A stretch of 64,000 bases of DNA from an uncultured Aliarcobacter sp. (lineage in GTDB: Bacteria > Campylobacterota > Campylobacteria > Campylobacterales > Arcobacteraceae): assembly GCA_963677435.1 (NCBI GenBank), contig OY781945.1:2976001-3040000 (forward strand), read 5' to 3'. The notes beneath the pieces were generated by a model. The model was not told where the DNA came from and made no database searches. It was given only the letters and a program-made list of their open reading frames with translations. Of the stretch, positions 51,350 to 61,127 are shown one piece after another. The translations under genes were made by a program, and so were the position numbers. Numbering within the stretch: position 1 is the first letter of the stretch; every line of letters begins with the position of its first letter.

Positions 51350-51480
51350 AGTTTCTCCTTTTGAGTTGCATTAATTATAACATACAATTATTACAAATCA
51401 AGTTACTTTATTACATAACAATTATTTCACAATAAAGATGATAAAATCAACAATTCGAAATAAATTTTTAAAGGCTTTAT

Positions 51481-52206
51481 ATGAAATTATTAAATTTTAA
51501 AACTCTCATTTCTTCAATAGCAATAGCAACAATGATTAGTGGTTGTGCCCAAACCACTGGAAATCAAACTTATGATGAAAATCAAAATGCAATTATTGGA
51601 ACAACTCTTGGAGCGATTGCAGGTATTGTTCTTGGAAATAATATTGATGGTGGAAGTAAAGGAAGAAACAAAGTAATAGGTGCAGTTGCAGGTGCAGCAA
51701 TTGGTGGTGCAGTTGGTTATAGTATGGATAATCAAGCAAAAGAAGTTGCTCAAAGTTTAAATACAAATGTAAATAATAACCCAACAGCTGCATTAGACCC
51801 AAATCAAGACTTGATTGTTTCAAATACAGATAACTATGTAAAAATCATGTTTAGAGATGATATGATGTTTGAAACAAATTCAGCTAATCCAACTTATGCA
51901 GCTGGAACTAAAATAGCAAAAATCACAACTGTTTTACAAAAATATCCAAATACTTTAGTTCAAGTAGTAGGTCATACAGATAGCAGAGGAACACATGCTT
52001 ACAATCTTACACTATCAGAAAAAAGAGCTACAAATGTAGGAAATATCATTAATAATACAGGTGTACAAAATCAAATTTTTTCAAGAGGCTGCTCTTTTGA
52101 TAAACCAGTAGCTCCAAATACAAGTGATGCTAATATGGGATTAAACAGAAGAGTTGAAGTTTATTTATATCCAAATCAACAATCTGTAATTGATGTTTGT
52201 AGATAA
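51481..52206 (+). CDS. OmpA-family lipoprotein with a glycine zipper (YiaD-like)
   Basis: Lipobox ISGC, Gly zipper, GHTDSRG...NLTLSEKRA and NRRVE. Confidence 0.9.
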   Translation: MKLLNFKTLISSIAIATMISGCAQTTGNQTYDENQNAIIGTTLGAIAGIVLGNNIDGGSKGRNKVIGAVAGAAIGGAVGYSMDNQAKEVAQSLNTNVNNNPTAALDPNQDLIVSNTDNYVKIMFRDDMMFETNSANPTYAAGTKIAKITTVLQKYPNTLVQVVGHTDSRGTHAYNLTLSEKRATNVGNIINNTGVQNQIFSRGCSFDKPVAPNTSDANMGLNRRVEVYLYPNQQSVIDVCR

Positions 52207-52226
52207 AAAGAGAAATCTTTTTATTT
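52203..52226 (+). terminator. Short terminator hairpin after the OmpA lipoprotein gene
   Basis: ATAAAAAGA-GAAA-TCTTTTTAT. Confidence 0.5.
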
Positions 52227-52251
52227 ACAACTCTTTTGATACAATCCTTTT

Positions 52252-53259
52252 ATGATTAAATTTAATGACTACTTTAACGATTGGCTTTATGGCCAAGATG
52301 GCTACTACTCAAATTACAAACAAATAGGAAAAGATGGGGATTTCTTCACTTCTGTTTCCACTTCATCATTTTTTGGTGGTTCAATTGCTAAAAAAATAAT
52401 CACTTCTATTGAGGAGGGATTTTTACCAGCTAATACAACTATTTTAGAAATTGGTGCTCATCATGGATATTTATTAGCTGATATTATCCAGTTTATTTAC
52501 ACTTTAAAACCTCAACTTTTAAAGACTCTAAATTTTGCAATAGTTGAGCGGTTTCCAAATCTTCAAGAACAACAAAAAAAATATCTAAATGACTCTTTTG
52601 GAGAAATAATAAAACTAAAACATTACAATGATATAAGTGAAGTAAAACTTGAAAATGCTTATGTTCTTGCAAATGAAATATTTGATGCTTTTTCATGTGA
52701 TTTGGTTTATACAAATAAAGAAGGAACTTTACAACAAGGCTTTGTTTCAAATCATAAAATAGAATTTTTTGATTGTACTGATGAAAATATAATAAATCAC
52801 TGCAAAAAATATCATATCACAAAAGGTGAAGTTGCCCTTTCATACAAAAATTTTGTAACTACGCTTTATTCAAATATCAAAACTTTTGAATTTCTAACTT
52901 TTGATTATGGAGATAGATTTCCAAGAAATGATTTTTCAACAAGAGTTTATGAGAAGCACAATGTTTACCCTATTTTTGAAGATAATTTACCTTTAGAAAA
53001 ACTCTTTAAAAACTCAGATATTACCTATGATGTTCATTTTAATTATCTAAGTGATTGTTTTAGAGAACTTGATATTTCAAATATAAAATTTAACACTCAA
53101 TTAAAATCTCTAGTAGAGTTTGGGATATTAGATTTACTTGAAATTTTAAAAGCAAATGTAGATGAAACTACATATTTAAAAGAGACTCAAAAAGTAAAAG
53201 TTTTACTTGAACCAACGGGAATGGGTGATAGATTTAAAACTCTGAATATTAGGAAATAA
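52252..53259 (+). CDS. SAM-dependent methyltransferase, MidA/NDUFAF7 (DUF185) family
   Basis: Motifs GYY...IGKDGDFFTS, LEIGA, ANEIFDAF, FDYG, DITYDV and MGDRFK. Confidence 0.88.
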   Translation: MIKFNDYFNDWLYGQDGYYSNYKQIGKDGDFFTSVSTSSFFGGSIAKKIITSIEEGFLPANTTILEIGAHHGYLLADIIQFIYTLKPQLLKTLNFAIVERFPNLQEQQKKYLNDSFGEIIKLKHYNDISEVKLENAYVLANEIFDAFSCDLVYTNKEGTLQQGFVSNHKIEFFDCTDENIINHCKKYHITKGEVALSYKNFVTTLYSNIKTFEFLTFDYGDRFPRNDFSTRVYEKHNVYPIFEDNLPLEKLFKNSDITYDVHFNYLSDCFRELDISNIKFNTQLKSLVEFGILDLLEILKANVDETTYLKETQKVKVLLEPTGMGDRFKTLNIRK

Positions 53260-53310
53260 GTTAACTCTTTGTATAATCAAACTTTATAAAAAATATAATA
53301 AGGTATAAAA

Positions 53311-53511
53311 ATGACACTTATAATAAATGGCGAAACAAAAGAGTTTTCAGACTCATTAACACTTCAAAATATTATTACAGATTTACAAATTGAAAATAAA
53401 GTAATGGCAGCAGCTGTAAACATGAATATCGTAAAAAAAGATGATTGGAGTAGTTTTATTCCAAAAAATGATGACAAGATTGAGCTTCTTCAATTTGTTG
53501 GTGGAGGATGA
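53311..53511 (+). CDS. thiS: Sulfur carrier protein ThiS
   Basis: 66 aa, INGE near the N-terminus, C-terminal FVGGG. Confidence 0.93.
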   Translation: MTLIINGETKEFSDSLTLQNIITDLQIENKVMAAAVNMNIVKKDDWSSFIPKNDDKIELLQFVGGG

Positions 53512-53517
53512 TTTTTT

Positions 53518-53850
53518 ATGAGTAGAGAAAAGGGAGATTTTGCTGAAAAAAAAGCTATCTCTTTTTTAGAAGATTTAGATTTTAAAATAATTGAACAAAA
53601 CTTCTATGCAAAAAAATTAGGTGAAATAGATATTATTGCCACAAAAAACTCTACTTATCACTTTTGTGAAGTAAAATCAGCCCCTGATTATGAAACTGCT
53701 ATAAACAACCTTACAAAATCTAAAATTTCTAAAATAAAAAGAAGTGTTGATTATTATATTCAAACAAAAAAGTTAGATATTTCCTATTGTATTGATGCAA
53801 TTATTGTAACAGATGAGACTATTGATTTTATTGAGAATATTACAATTTAG
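53518..53850 (+). CDS. YraN family (UPF0102) putative endonuclease
   Basis: Motifs G..AE, GEIDIIA and FCEVK. Confidence 0.9.
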   Translation: MSREKGDFAEKKAISFLEDLDFKIIEQNFYAKKLGEIDIIATKNSTYHFCEVKSAPDYETAINNLTKSKISKIKRSVDYYIQTKKLDISYCIDAIIVTDETIDFIENITI

Positions 53851-53922
53851 AAAATATAAGAGTAAGAGGTGAAGGTCGCAAAAACACCTCTTACTATTAT
53901 GGACTTATATATAAAATTAGTA
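53850..53922 (-). ncRNA. Candidate small RNA of about 70 nt
   Basis: Extended -10 TGTTATAAT (53936-53928, minus strand), no ORF, ends in an 11-bp GC-containing stem (53861-53895) with loop UUUUUGCGACCUU and a U-rich tail. Confidence 0.4.
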
Positions 53923-54036
53923 TAAGAATTATAACAACTCATAGTAGCAATAATCTAGCAGATGAGAGAAATTCTAAAATTTAATTTTTTATTAGCACTT
54001 TTTAGTTATCATACAAAAATGCTTACGGAGAAATAT

Positions 54037-55137
54037 TTGTACTCAAAAGAATTAGAATCAATTAAAAAGTCCAATCGATTTAGAACAAGAGAAGTTTTTG
54101 ATGATAGTTTGATTGATTTAGCCTCAAATGATTATTTAGGTCTTTCAACAAATAAAACTCTTTTTCAAAATGCTTATGAAAATGTTCTAAAAGAAAATTA
54201 CCACTCACCAAAAGCCTCAATGTTAGTAAATGGATATAGCAAAATTCATAAAAATTTCGAAGATAAGTTATGTAGCATAAATAACTTTGAGGCAGGAGTT
54301 GTAGTTGGCTCTGGTTTTTTAGCAAATATTTCTATGATTGAAGCTCTTGTAAGAAAAAATGATACTTTATTTATAGATGAAGAGTACCATGCAAGTGGAA
54401 TATTAGCCACTAAACTTCTCAAACCTGAACAAGTTATTATATTTAAGCACAATGATTTTAAAGATTTAGAACAAAAAATTTTTAAAAATCAAAGAACTGG
54501 AAGGAATATAATAGCAATTGAGGGTGTTTATTCAATGGGTGGTGATTTAGCTCCATTGGAAATATTTGAAATAGCAAATGAAAAAAAAGCTATTTTAATT
54601 GTTGATGAAGCGCATAGTTTTGGTGTACTAGGTGATAATCTTTTAGGCATTTTTGATTATTACAAAATAAAACCAAATAAATATCATATAAAAATGGGAA
54701 CTTTAGGAAAAGCTTATGGCTCATATGGAGCTTATATTTTAGCATCTAAAGAGATTATTGATTTTCTAACAAATAGAGCAAAACCTATAATATACTCAAC
54801 TGCACCATCTCTTTTTGATACTGCACTTGCACATGAATCTTTAGATTTTATTATAAAAAATAAAGAATTCTTAAAACAAAAAATAAAAACAAATCTAACT
54901 ATTATTTATGATATTTTGGGTTTAAAATCCCAAAGTCTAATTATTCCTATTTTAATAGGTGATAATAAAAAAGTAAAAATTATACAAGAAAATTTAAAGA
55001 AAAATGGTTTTTTAGTTGGAGCGATTAGACAACCAACTGTAAAAGAAGCAATTATTAGATTAATTGCAAAAGTAGATATAAATGAAGATGATTTAACAAA
55101 AATATGTAACTTATTAAAGGATTCAAATGTTAATTAA
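54037..55137 (+). CDS. bioF: 8-amino-7-oxononanoate synthase
   Basis: Motifs ASNDYLGL, SGFLAN, VDEAHS, GTLGKAYG and AIRQPTV; TTG start after GGAG. Confidence 0.85.
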   Translation: MYSKELESIKKSNRFRTREVFDDSLIDLASNDYLGLSTNKTLFQNAYENVLKENYHSPKASMLVNGYSKIHKNFEDKLCSINNFEAGVVVGSGFLANISMIEALVRKNDTLFIDEEYHASGILATKLLKPEQVIIFKHNDFKDLEQKIFKNQRTGRNIIAIEGVYSMGGDLAPLEIFEIANEKKAILIVDEAHSFGVLGDNLLGIFDYYKIKPNKYHIKMGTLGKAYGSYGAYILASKEIIDFLTNRAKPIIYSTAPSLFDTALAHESLDFIIKNKEFLKQKIKTNLTIIYDILGLKSQSLIIPILIGDNKKVKIIQENLKKNGFLVGAIRQPTVKEAIIRLIAKVDINEDDLTKICNLLKDSNVN

Positions 55138-55768
55138 TGACTTAATAAAAGGTAATCAAAAATTTAGAGAAGCTCGTTTTCCAAAATATGAAGATGATTT
55201 AAAACAACTTGTTGAGACTGGGCAAAAACCTGAAATCTTATTTATTGGATGTAGTGACAGTAGAGTTACTCCAGATTTAATGCTTGATACAAAACCAGGA
55301 GATATGTTTATTTTAAGAAATGTTGGTAATTTTGTTCCTCCGTATAATCCAGATAATGACTATCATGGAAGTTCAGCAGTTATTGAATATGCAGTTAATG
55401 TTTTAACTGTAAAACACATAATAGTTTGTGGACATTCTCATTGTGGAGCTTGTAAAAGTTTATATCAAGATTTAGGAGATTCTCCTGATTTAATAAATGT
55501 AAAAAAATGGTTAGACCTTGGAAAAAGAGCTAAAGAGTACACTCTTTTAGCAATTCAAGATAAAGAGGATAAAGAAAAATTATATAGAGCAACAGAAAGA
55601 ATCTCTATTGTTCATCAAATGGAAAATCTTTTAACTTTCCCTTATATTGAAAAAAAAGTAAAAGCCGGTGAGATACAAATCCATGGTTGGTATTATAAAA
55701 TTGAAGATGGAACTATTGAATATTACGATGGTGAAGAGTGTTCATTTAAACCATTAAAGGAGAACTAA
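55127..55768 (+). CDS. Beta-class carbonic anhydrase
   Basis: Motifs GCSDSRV, RNVGN and CGHSHCGA. Confidence 0.95.
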   Translation: MLINDLIKGNQKFREARFPKYEDDLKQLVETGQKPEILFIGCSDSRVTPDLMLDTKPGDMFILRNVGNFVPPYNPDNDYHGSSAVIEYAVNVLTVKHIIVCGHSHCGACKSLYQDLGDSPDLINVKKWLDLGKRAKEYTLLAIQDKEDKEKLYRATERISIVHQMENLLTFPYIEKKVKAGEIQIHGWYYKIEDGTIEYYDGEECSFKPLKEN

Positions 55769-55769
55769 G

Positions 55770-56090
55770 ATGAATACTCATCAAGTAAGAAGATTACCAA
55801 AAAAAACTGTTATTATTATTAGTATATTAATTGCCCTTGGTTTTATTATATTTTATATAATAAAAGATTTAAAAGAGGAAAAATTAAAAGAAGTACTAGC
55901 TACAATTGGTCATCCAAATATTTCACAACTAAAAGTTATAAATAAATTAAATGTTGAAGATAAGGAAACAAGATACCAAAGTAGTGTTTTTAAGGTAATA
56001 TTTTACGATGATGATTTAAAACAAAGTTGTATTGGATTTATTCATCAAGAAAGAGATAATAAATATACTCAAGATTTAAATTGCGAATAG
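55770..56090 (+). CDS. Hypothetical single-TM protein
   Basis: 106-aa ORF with an AAGGAG RBS, an N-terminal TM and two Cys in the soluble part. Confidence 0.7.
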   Translation: MNTHQVRRLPKKTVIIISILIALGFIIFYIIKDLKEEKLKEVLATIGHPNISQLKVINKLNVEDKETRYQSSVFKVIFYDDDLKQSCIGFIHQERDNKYTQDLNCE

Positions 56091-56097
56091 GAAAATT

Positions 56098-57159
56098 ATG
56101 AATATTATAGAAAAATTAGAAAGAAATGAACGATTAGAATATGAAGATGCAATAAAACTATATGATTTGGATTTATTTACACTTGCATCATTTGCCAATA
56201 AAATTAGAGAAGATAAACATGGTAAAAAAACTTACTTCAATATAAATAGGCATATTAATCCAACAAATATTTGTAAAGATGTTTGTCAATTCTGTGCATA
56301 TAGTGCAAGTAGAAAAAACCCACACCAATATACAATGAGCCATGAAGAAATTCTTGAAGTTGTAAAAAACTCTTCAAAAAATAATATAAAAGAGGTTCAT
56401 ATAGTTTCTGCTCATAATCCACATACTGGTTTACAATGGTACATGGATGTATTTAAAAAAATTAAAGATAATTTTCCAAATATTCATGTAAAAGCCTTGA
56501 CAGCTGCTGAAATTCATTTTCTAAGTACAGAATATAATCTTTCATATCAAGAGATAATTGATATGATGGTTGAACATGGGATTGATTCTATGCCAGGTGG
56601 TGGCGCTGAAATTTTTGATGAAAAAGTAAGAAAAAGAATCTGTGGTGGAAAAGTTACATCAGAACAATGGTTAGAAATTCACAAACTTTGGCATGAAAAA
56701 GGTAAAAAAAGTAATGCTACAATGCTTTTTGGACATGTAGAAGATAGAAACCATAGAATTGATCACATGTTAAGATTAAGAGCCCTACAAGACATTACAG
56801 GTGGTTTTAATGCCTTTATTCCTCTTGTATATCAAACTGAAAACAATTATTTAAAAGTAAAAGAACCTTTAACTGGTCAAGAGATACTTAAAACTTATAC
56901 AATAGCTAGAATTTTACTTGATAATATTCCAAATATAAAAGCTTATTGGGCAACTTCAACTGTTAAACTAGCTTTAATAGCTCAAGAATTTGGTGCAAAT
57001 GATGTTGATGGAACAATTGAAAAAGAATCAATCCAAAGTGCAGCAGGAGCATCAAGTGCAAATGGAATAGCACAATTAGAATTTGTGGATTTAATTAAAA
57101 ATTCTGGGTTTATACCAGTTGAGAGAGACTCTATTTATAATGAAATAAAAACTTGGTAA
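56098..57159 (+). CDS. mqnE: Aminofutalosine synthase (radical SAM)
   Basis: NRHINPTNICKDVCQFC, MPGGGAEIF, IKAYW and ESIQSAAGA. Confidence 0.9.
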   Translation: MNIIEKLERNERLEYEDAIKLYDLDLFTLASFANKIREDKHGKKTYFNINRHINPTNICKDVCQFCAYSASRKNPHQYTMSHEEILEVVKNSSKNNIKEVHIVSAHNPHTGLQWYMDVFKKIKDNFPNIHVKALTAAEIHFLSTEYNLSYQEIIDMMVEHGIDSMPGGGAEIFDEKVRKRICGGKVTSEQWLEIHKLWHEKGKKSNATMLFGHVEDRNHRIDHMLRLRALQDITGGFNAFIPLVYQTENNYLKVKEPLTGQEILKTYTIARILLDNIPNIKAYWATSTVKLALIAQEFGANDVDGTIEKESIQSAAGASSANGIAQLEFVDLIKNSGFIPVERDSIYNEIKTW

Positions 57160-57168
57160 AACAAGTTT

Positions 57169-58764
57169 TTATTTTACTTCATTTTTTTGATTAAATACTA
57201 AAATAAACTCTGCTTCAATACCTGCATCTGTTTTTAGCATACTCAAAGGATAAGAGATATGAATTGAATATAATTCATTATTTAGTACATCCAACATATC
57301 AAAAAACTCTGTTGGTTCTTTAATTAAAATATTTACAGTATATATAAATCTCGTAATATTACTATTTGAACTTGTTGTATTGTATTTAATTATAGAATCT
57401 AATGGTAATAAAATTTTTAATTGCTCAGTAACTCTATCCAAAGGCATAAATTCATCAGTTAAATACTGTTTGTTAAATGTTTTAAAAGTTTTATCTGAAT
57501 TTATACTCTCTTTTGCAAGTACAACTCCATCAAGTTTAAATTTTTTATCTTTTGAATTTGTTGTATAAACTACATCTTTATATAATTTATCTAAATTAGG
57601 TTTTAAAGAGCTTGCAAAAGTATCTTCTTTTAAAAAAAGTCCTTTTACTTCTAAAATATTTTTATCAATTTTTAACTCATTAATAACAACATCATCAGGA
57701 ATTGATTCAAATACTGTTCTAACTTTTTGTTCTATTTGATCATTTAGATTTACATGATCTGGCAAAGTTAAAAATTCATTAGTACTTTGCATATTTTCCA
57801 CTTTTTGTGAAATTGTATCTTTTTGTTTAAATAACTCATTAAAATCAACTCTTATATAAACTTCATAAGTAATAAAAGCAATTAAAGCTATAAAGAAAAA
57901 TATATATACATTAGTGTAATCTCTTTTCTTTTTCTTTTTTCGAGGTTTAATAAAGCTTTTCTTTAGATGTTTATCCCTTGATAATTCAAATACTTCTTCA
58001 TCAATATTTATAGGATGATAATCAACTTTTAAAAGTAAATCCTCGGCTAATTGCTCTATTTGTTCTTGATTTAATTGTTTTGATACATAAAGTAGTGTTA
58101 CTTTTTCTACAAAGGTATTATTCTTTTTCTCATAGAAATTATTTAGTGTATTATGGATAATTTCATTTAATTCTAAGTAATAAATTTCATCAAAAAGTTT
58201 TTGTCCATCTATATCATCTTCATAAAAGTGAGTCTTTTTAACTGACTCAAAAGTTGGTAAATCTAAAATAGTATTATGAACTATCACTCCAGCTGCATCT
58301 AAAATAACAATAAAAGCTTTACTGTTAAATAAAAATACAATAAATTCACTTCTTGAGATATTTTTATCTATATGAAGATTTATTAAATGAAAAGCAGAAT
58401 AGATATAATCTATACCTGTTTTTATAAAATAATTTTTAGTTTCAAACAGTGTAGTTTTAAGAACTGCAATATCATATTCATTATTAAATTTTGCAATTTC
58501 ACAATCTTTTAATTTAGAAGATAATGCCTTAGGAACAAGTCTTGTTGTATCATTAATTAAAAGTGTAGAGATAAAAGTATTATCAATTTCAGCTTGTGAT
58601 GCATTTAATTTTTCAGCAATATTTAAAGGCATTAAATCACTATCAACTAAAAAAACTGAATTAGTAGTATTAATAATTTCTTCATTACTTAATTTTTTAT
58701 AATCAAGCTTTAGTTGAGTATCATATTTCACAGCATTAATATACAAAGACTCTTTAGTAAACAT
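57169..58764 (-). CDS. Single-TM protein; probable PilM/PilN/PilO-like fusion (flagellar cage-type)
   Basis: About 280-aa cytoplasmic alpha/beta region, a basic stretch plus one TM, PilN-like FESIPDDVVINELKI...VKG, then a second ferredoxin-like domain; lies after miaB-lpxJ. Confidence 0.55.
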   Translation of the reverse strand: MFTKESLYINAVKYDTQLKLDYKKLSNEEIINTTNSVFLVDSDLMPLNIAEKLNASQAEIDNTFISTLLINDTTRLVPKALSSKLKDCEIAKFNNEYDIAVLKTTLFETKNYFIKTGIDYIYSAFHLINLHIDKNISRSEFIVFLFNSKAFIVILDAAGVIVHNTILDLPTFESVKKTHFYEDDIDGQKLFDEIYYLELNEIIHNTLNNFYEKKNNTFVEKVTLLYVSKQLNQEQIEQLAEDLLLKVDYHPINIDEEVFELSRDKHLKKSFIKPRKKKKKRDYTNVYIFFFIALIAFITYEVYIRVDFNELFKQKDTISQKVENMQSTNEFLTLPDHVNLNDQIEQKVRTVFESIPDDVVINELKIDKNILEVKGLFLKEDTFASSLKPNLDKLYKDVVYTTNSKDKKFKLDGVVLAKESINSDKTFKTFNKQYLTDEFMPLDRVTEQLKILLPLDSIIKYNTTSSNSNITRFIYTVNILIKEPTEFFDMLDVLNNELYSIHISYPLSMLKTDAGIEAEFILVFNQKNEVK

Positions 58765-58782
58765 ATATTTCCTATCTAACTT

Positions 58783-59397
58783 TTAACTAACTATATTCAA
58801 TAACATTTTATTTCTAACAAAATCCCTTGCCTCTTCAAACTCAAGATTAGTAACATCTAAAGGTTCAGACATATAAAAATCTACTCTTCCAAACGGTTTT
58901 GGTAATACAAATCTATCCCATGAGTTAAATTGCCAATATTTAGTTGGTTTAGAACTTAAAATTACAATCTTAGCACCACTTTTTTGAGCAATACTTATTA
59001 CACCACCAGCAAAACTATGTCGTGGTCCTCTGGGTCCATCTGGAGATATTGCTACATCTGAACCTGATTTAATCTCTTTTATTGTACTAATTAATGCTTT
59101 AGTAGCACCTTTAGAAGAAGATCCTCGAATAGCACCTATTCCAAATAATGAGTAAACTTTTGTTATTATCTCGCCATCTTTACTTTGACTAATCATAGTT
59201 TTTACTGTGCCATTTGGTCTTTTCTTGAAATAATTTAATGGTTGTGAAACTAAATCTCCATGCCAAGCAACAAACACAAAAGCTTCATCATCCTTTAATT
59301 TGGGATGATGAAAAACTTTTTTATTTGTAAAATATATAAAATTTATTAATAAATATAATACATAAGGCAATATATTAAATTTAAAATAATTTTTCAT
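58783..59397 (-). CDS. lpxJ: DUF374 lysophospholipid acyltransferase (lipid A secondary acyltransferase LpxJ-like)
   Basis: Motifs WHG, ISQSKDGE, RGSSSKG, PDGPRGP and SWDRF.LPKPF; adjacent to miaB. Confidence 0.8.
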   Translation of the reverse strand: MKNYFKFNILPYVLYLLINFIYFTNKKVFHHPKLKDDEAFVFVAWHGDLVSQPLNYFKKRPNGTVKTMISQSKDGEIITKVYSLFGIGAIRGSSSKGATKALISTIKEIKSGSDVAISPDGPRGPRHSFAGGVISIAQKSGAKIVILSSKPTKYWQFNSWDRFVLPKPFGRVDFYMSEPLDVTNLEFEEARDFVRNKMLLNIVS

Positions 59398-60707
59398 TAA
59401 AGTACAACTTCACCTTTTAAAGATGTTCGTGAAGCATCAGTAATTTTAACATTTACAAATTTACCTAAAAGCTCATCACTTCCTTTTGTAAATACTTGTA
59501 AAGAATTATCTGTAAATCCACAAACTTCACCATTTGGTTTTAAAGTTTCAACTAAAACATTTAAAGTATCACCAATATAAGAAGGCATTGTCTCTTCCAA
59601 ATGTCTTTTATGTAGCTCAATTAACTCAATTAATCTAGCACTTCCTATTTCATCAGGAATTTCTAAATCTTTCATATTTAAAGCTTCAGTTCCTGGTCTT
59701 GGAGAGTATTTAAAGTTAAAAATTTGATCAAATTTAACTTGATTTACTACATCTAATGTATCTTCAAAATCTTCTTGCGTTTCACCTGGAAATGCAACAA
59801 TAATATCAGTTGTAATTCTAAGGTTTGGAACAAGTGTTCTTAATTTATTTGCTCTATTTAAGAACCACTCTTTAGTATAACCTCTTTTCATAGCTCTTAA
59901 AATTTCTGTAGAACCACTTTGTAAAGGCATATGAATACATTTTGAGATTTTATCATTTTTAGCAAACTCTTCAATAAACTCATCATCCATATGTAAAGGA
60001 TGTGGAGAAGTAAATCTGATTCTTTCTAGTCCCTGTACTTTTGAAACATCTTGTAAAAGATTTGTAAATGTGTATTTACCTCTTCCATCAGAAAATTTTC
60101 TTCCATAAGAGTTAACATTTTGACCTAAAAGCATTACTTCAACAGCACCTTGCTCAACAGATTTTCGTACCTGTTCAACAATCATTTCAGGAGGAATAGA
60201 AATCTCTTCACCTCTTGTACTTGGAACTATACAATAAGTACATTTTTTATCACATCCAACAGAGATATTAACACTTGCTCTATATTGATTTGTTTTTGCA
60301 GTTGAAAAGTCATAAGTTGATTCATCATTATCAATAGAAATTTCTACTGAACCTTTTATATCAACTATGTCTTTTATTTTTGAGATATTTCTAGCACCAA
60401 GAACAAAATCTACATAAGGTGCTCTTTTTATAATATCTTCACCTAAATGTGATGCCGTACAACCAGCAACACCAATTTTTGCACCTGCTTTTTTCTTTTT
60501 GTTAAATTGACCAATTTCAGAAAAAAGTTTCGAAACAGGTTTTTCTCTTACAGAACAAGTATTGATTATAATTAAATCAGCTTCTTCCATGATGTCTGTT
60601 TGAATATAATCTTTGTGTTTTTCTAACTCAGCAGCAATATGTTGGCTGTCTGTGTCGTTCATTTGACAGCCTAATGTTTGTATAAATAGTTTTTTATTTG
60701 AACTCAT
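59397..60707 (-). CDS. miaB: tRNA-2-methylthio-N6-dimethylallyladenosine synthase
   Basis: GCQMN, NTCSVRE and GCDKKCTYC; TRAM domain. Confidence 0.96.
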   Translation of the reverse strand: MSSNKKLFIQTLGCQMNDTDSQHIAAELEKHKDYIQTDIMEEADLIIINTCSVREKPVSKLFSEIGQFNKKKKAGAKIGVAGCTASHLGEDIIKRAPYVDFVLGARNISKIKDIVDIKGSVEISIDNDESTYDFSTAKTNQYRASVNISVGCDKKCTYCIVPSTRGEEISIPPEMIVEQVRKSVEQGAVEVMLLGQNVNSYGRKFSDGRGKYTFTNLLQDVSKVQGLERIRFTSPHPLHMDDEFIEEFAKNDKISKCIHMPLQSGSTEILRAMKRGYTKEWFLNRANKLRTLVPNLRITTDIIVAFPGETQEDFEDTLDVVNQVKFDQIFNFKYSPRPGTEALNMKDLEIPDEIGSARLIELIELHKRHLEETMPSYIGDTLNVLVETLKPNGEVCGFTDNSLQVFTKGSDELLGKFVNVKITDASRTSLKGEVVL

Positions 60708-60734
60708 AATTAATTTTACTTAAATACCTAAATA

Positions 60735-60977
60735 TTAAAGTGCATGAACCTCATACATATATTCATCATCAGCTAAACCATATTTTACTTCTCTAAAGTA
60801 AACATTATTTCCATCTGCTTCTAAAGCATCTACTAATGCCATCATATCTTTGTGAGAGTTATCTCTGTCAAAATAAAAGATTTTTTGCCCGTCTTTATTT
60901 AAATCTTCTTTAATTTTTTCTAGTTGCACTTTTTTTGGTTTTTCATTTAACTCATTTCTTGCAAATAATAATTCCAT
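60735..60977 (-). CDS. HP0268-family protein (SMR-like nuclease)
   Basis: 80 aa, YFDRDN and REVKYGL...YEVH; lies between nusA and miaB. Confidence 0.85.
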   Translation of the reverse strand: MELLFARNELNEKPKKVQLEKIKEDLNKDGQKIFYFDRDNSHKDMMALVDALEADGNNVYFREVKYGLADDEYMYEVHAL

Positions 60978-61127
60978 TTATTAAGCCTTTTTCTTTTTTA
61001 ATTAGTGATATATTTTATCCCAAAATTACTTTAATTTCTATAAAAGGCTTTTTTAGCTATACTAATAACCTATACTACATTGGAAATCAAAACAATCATT
61101 TCAATGTCAACAAATAAAAGGTTATTA

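Noticed and set aside
53260..53310. TPP riboswitch upstream of thiS
   Set aside because: The 51-bp AT-rich gap lacks the CUGAGA core; only a TATAAT-like promoter and an RBS are present
60983..61050. AAGCCTTTT...AAAAGGCTT inverted repeat between the HP0268 gene and nusA
   Set aside because: Short, widely spaced and partly explained by the RBS of the minus-strand gene; not distinguishable from chance
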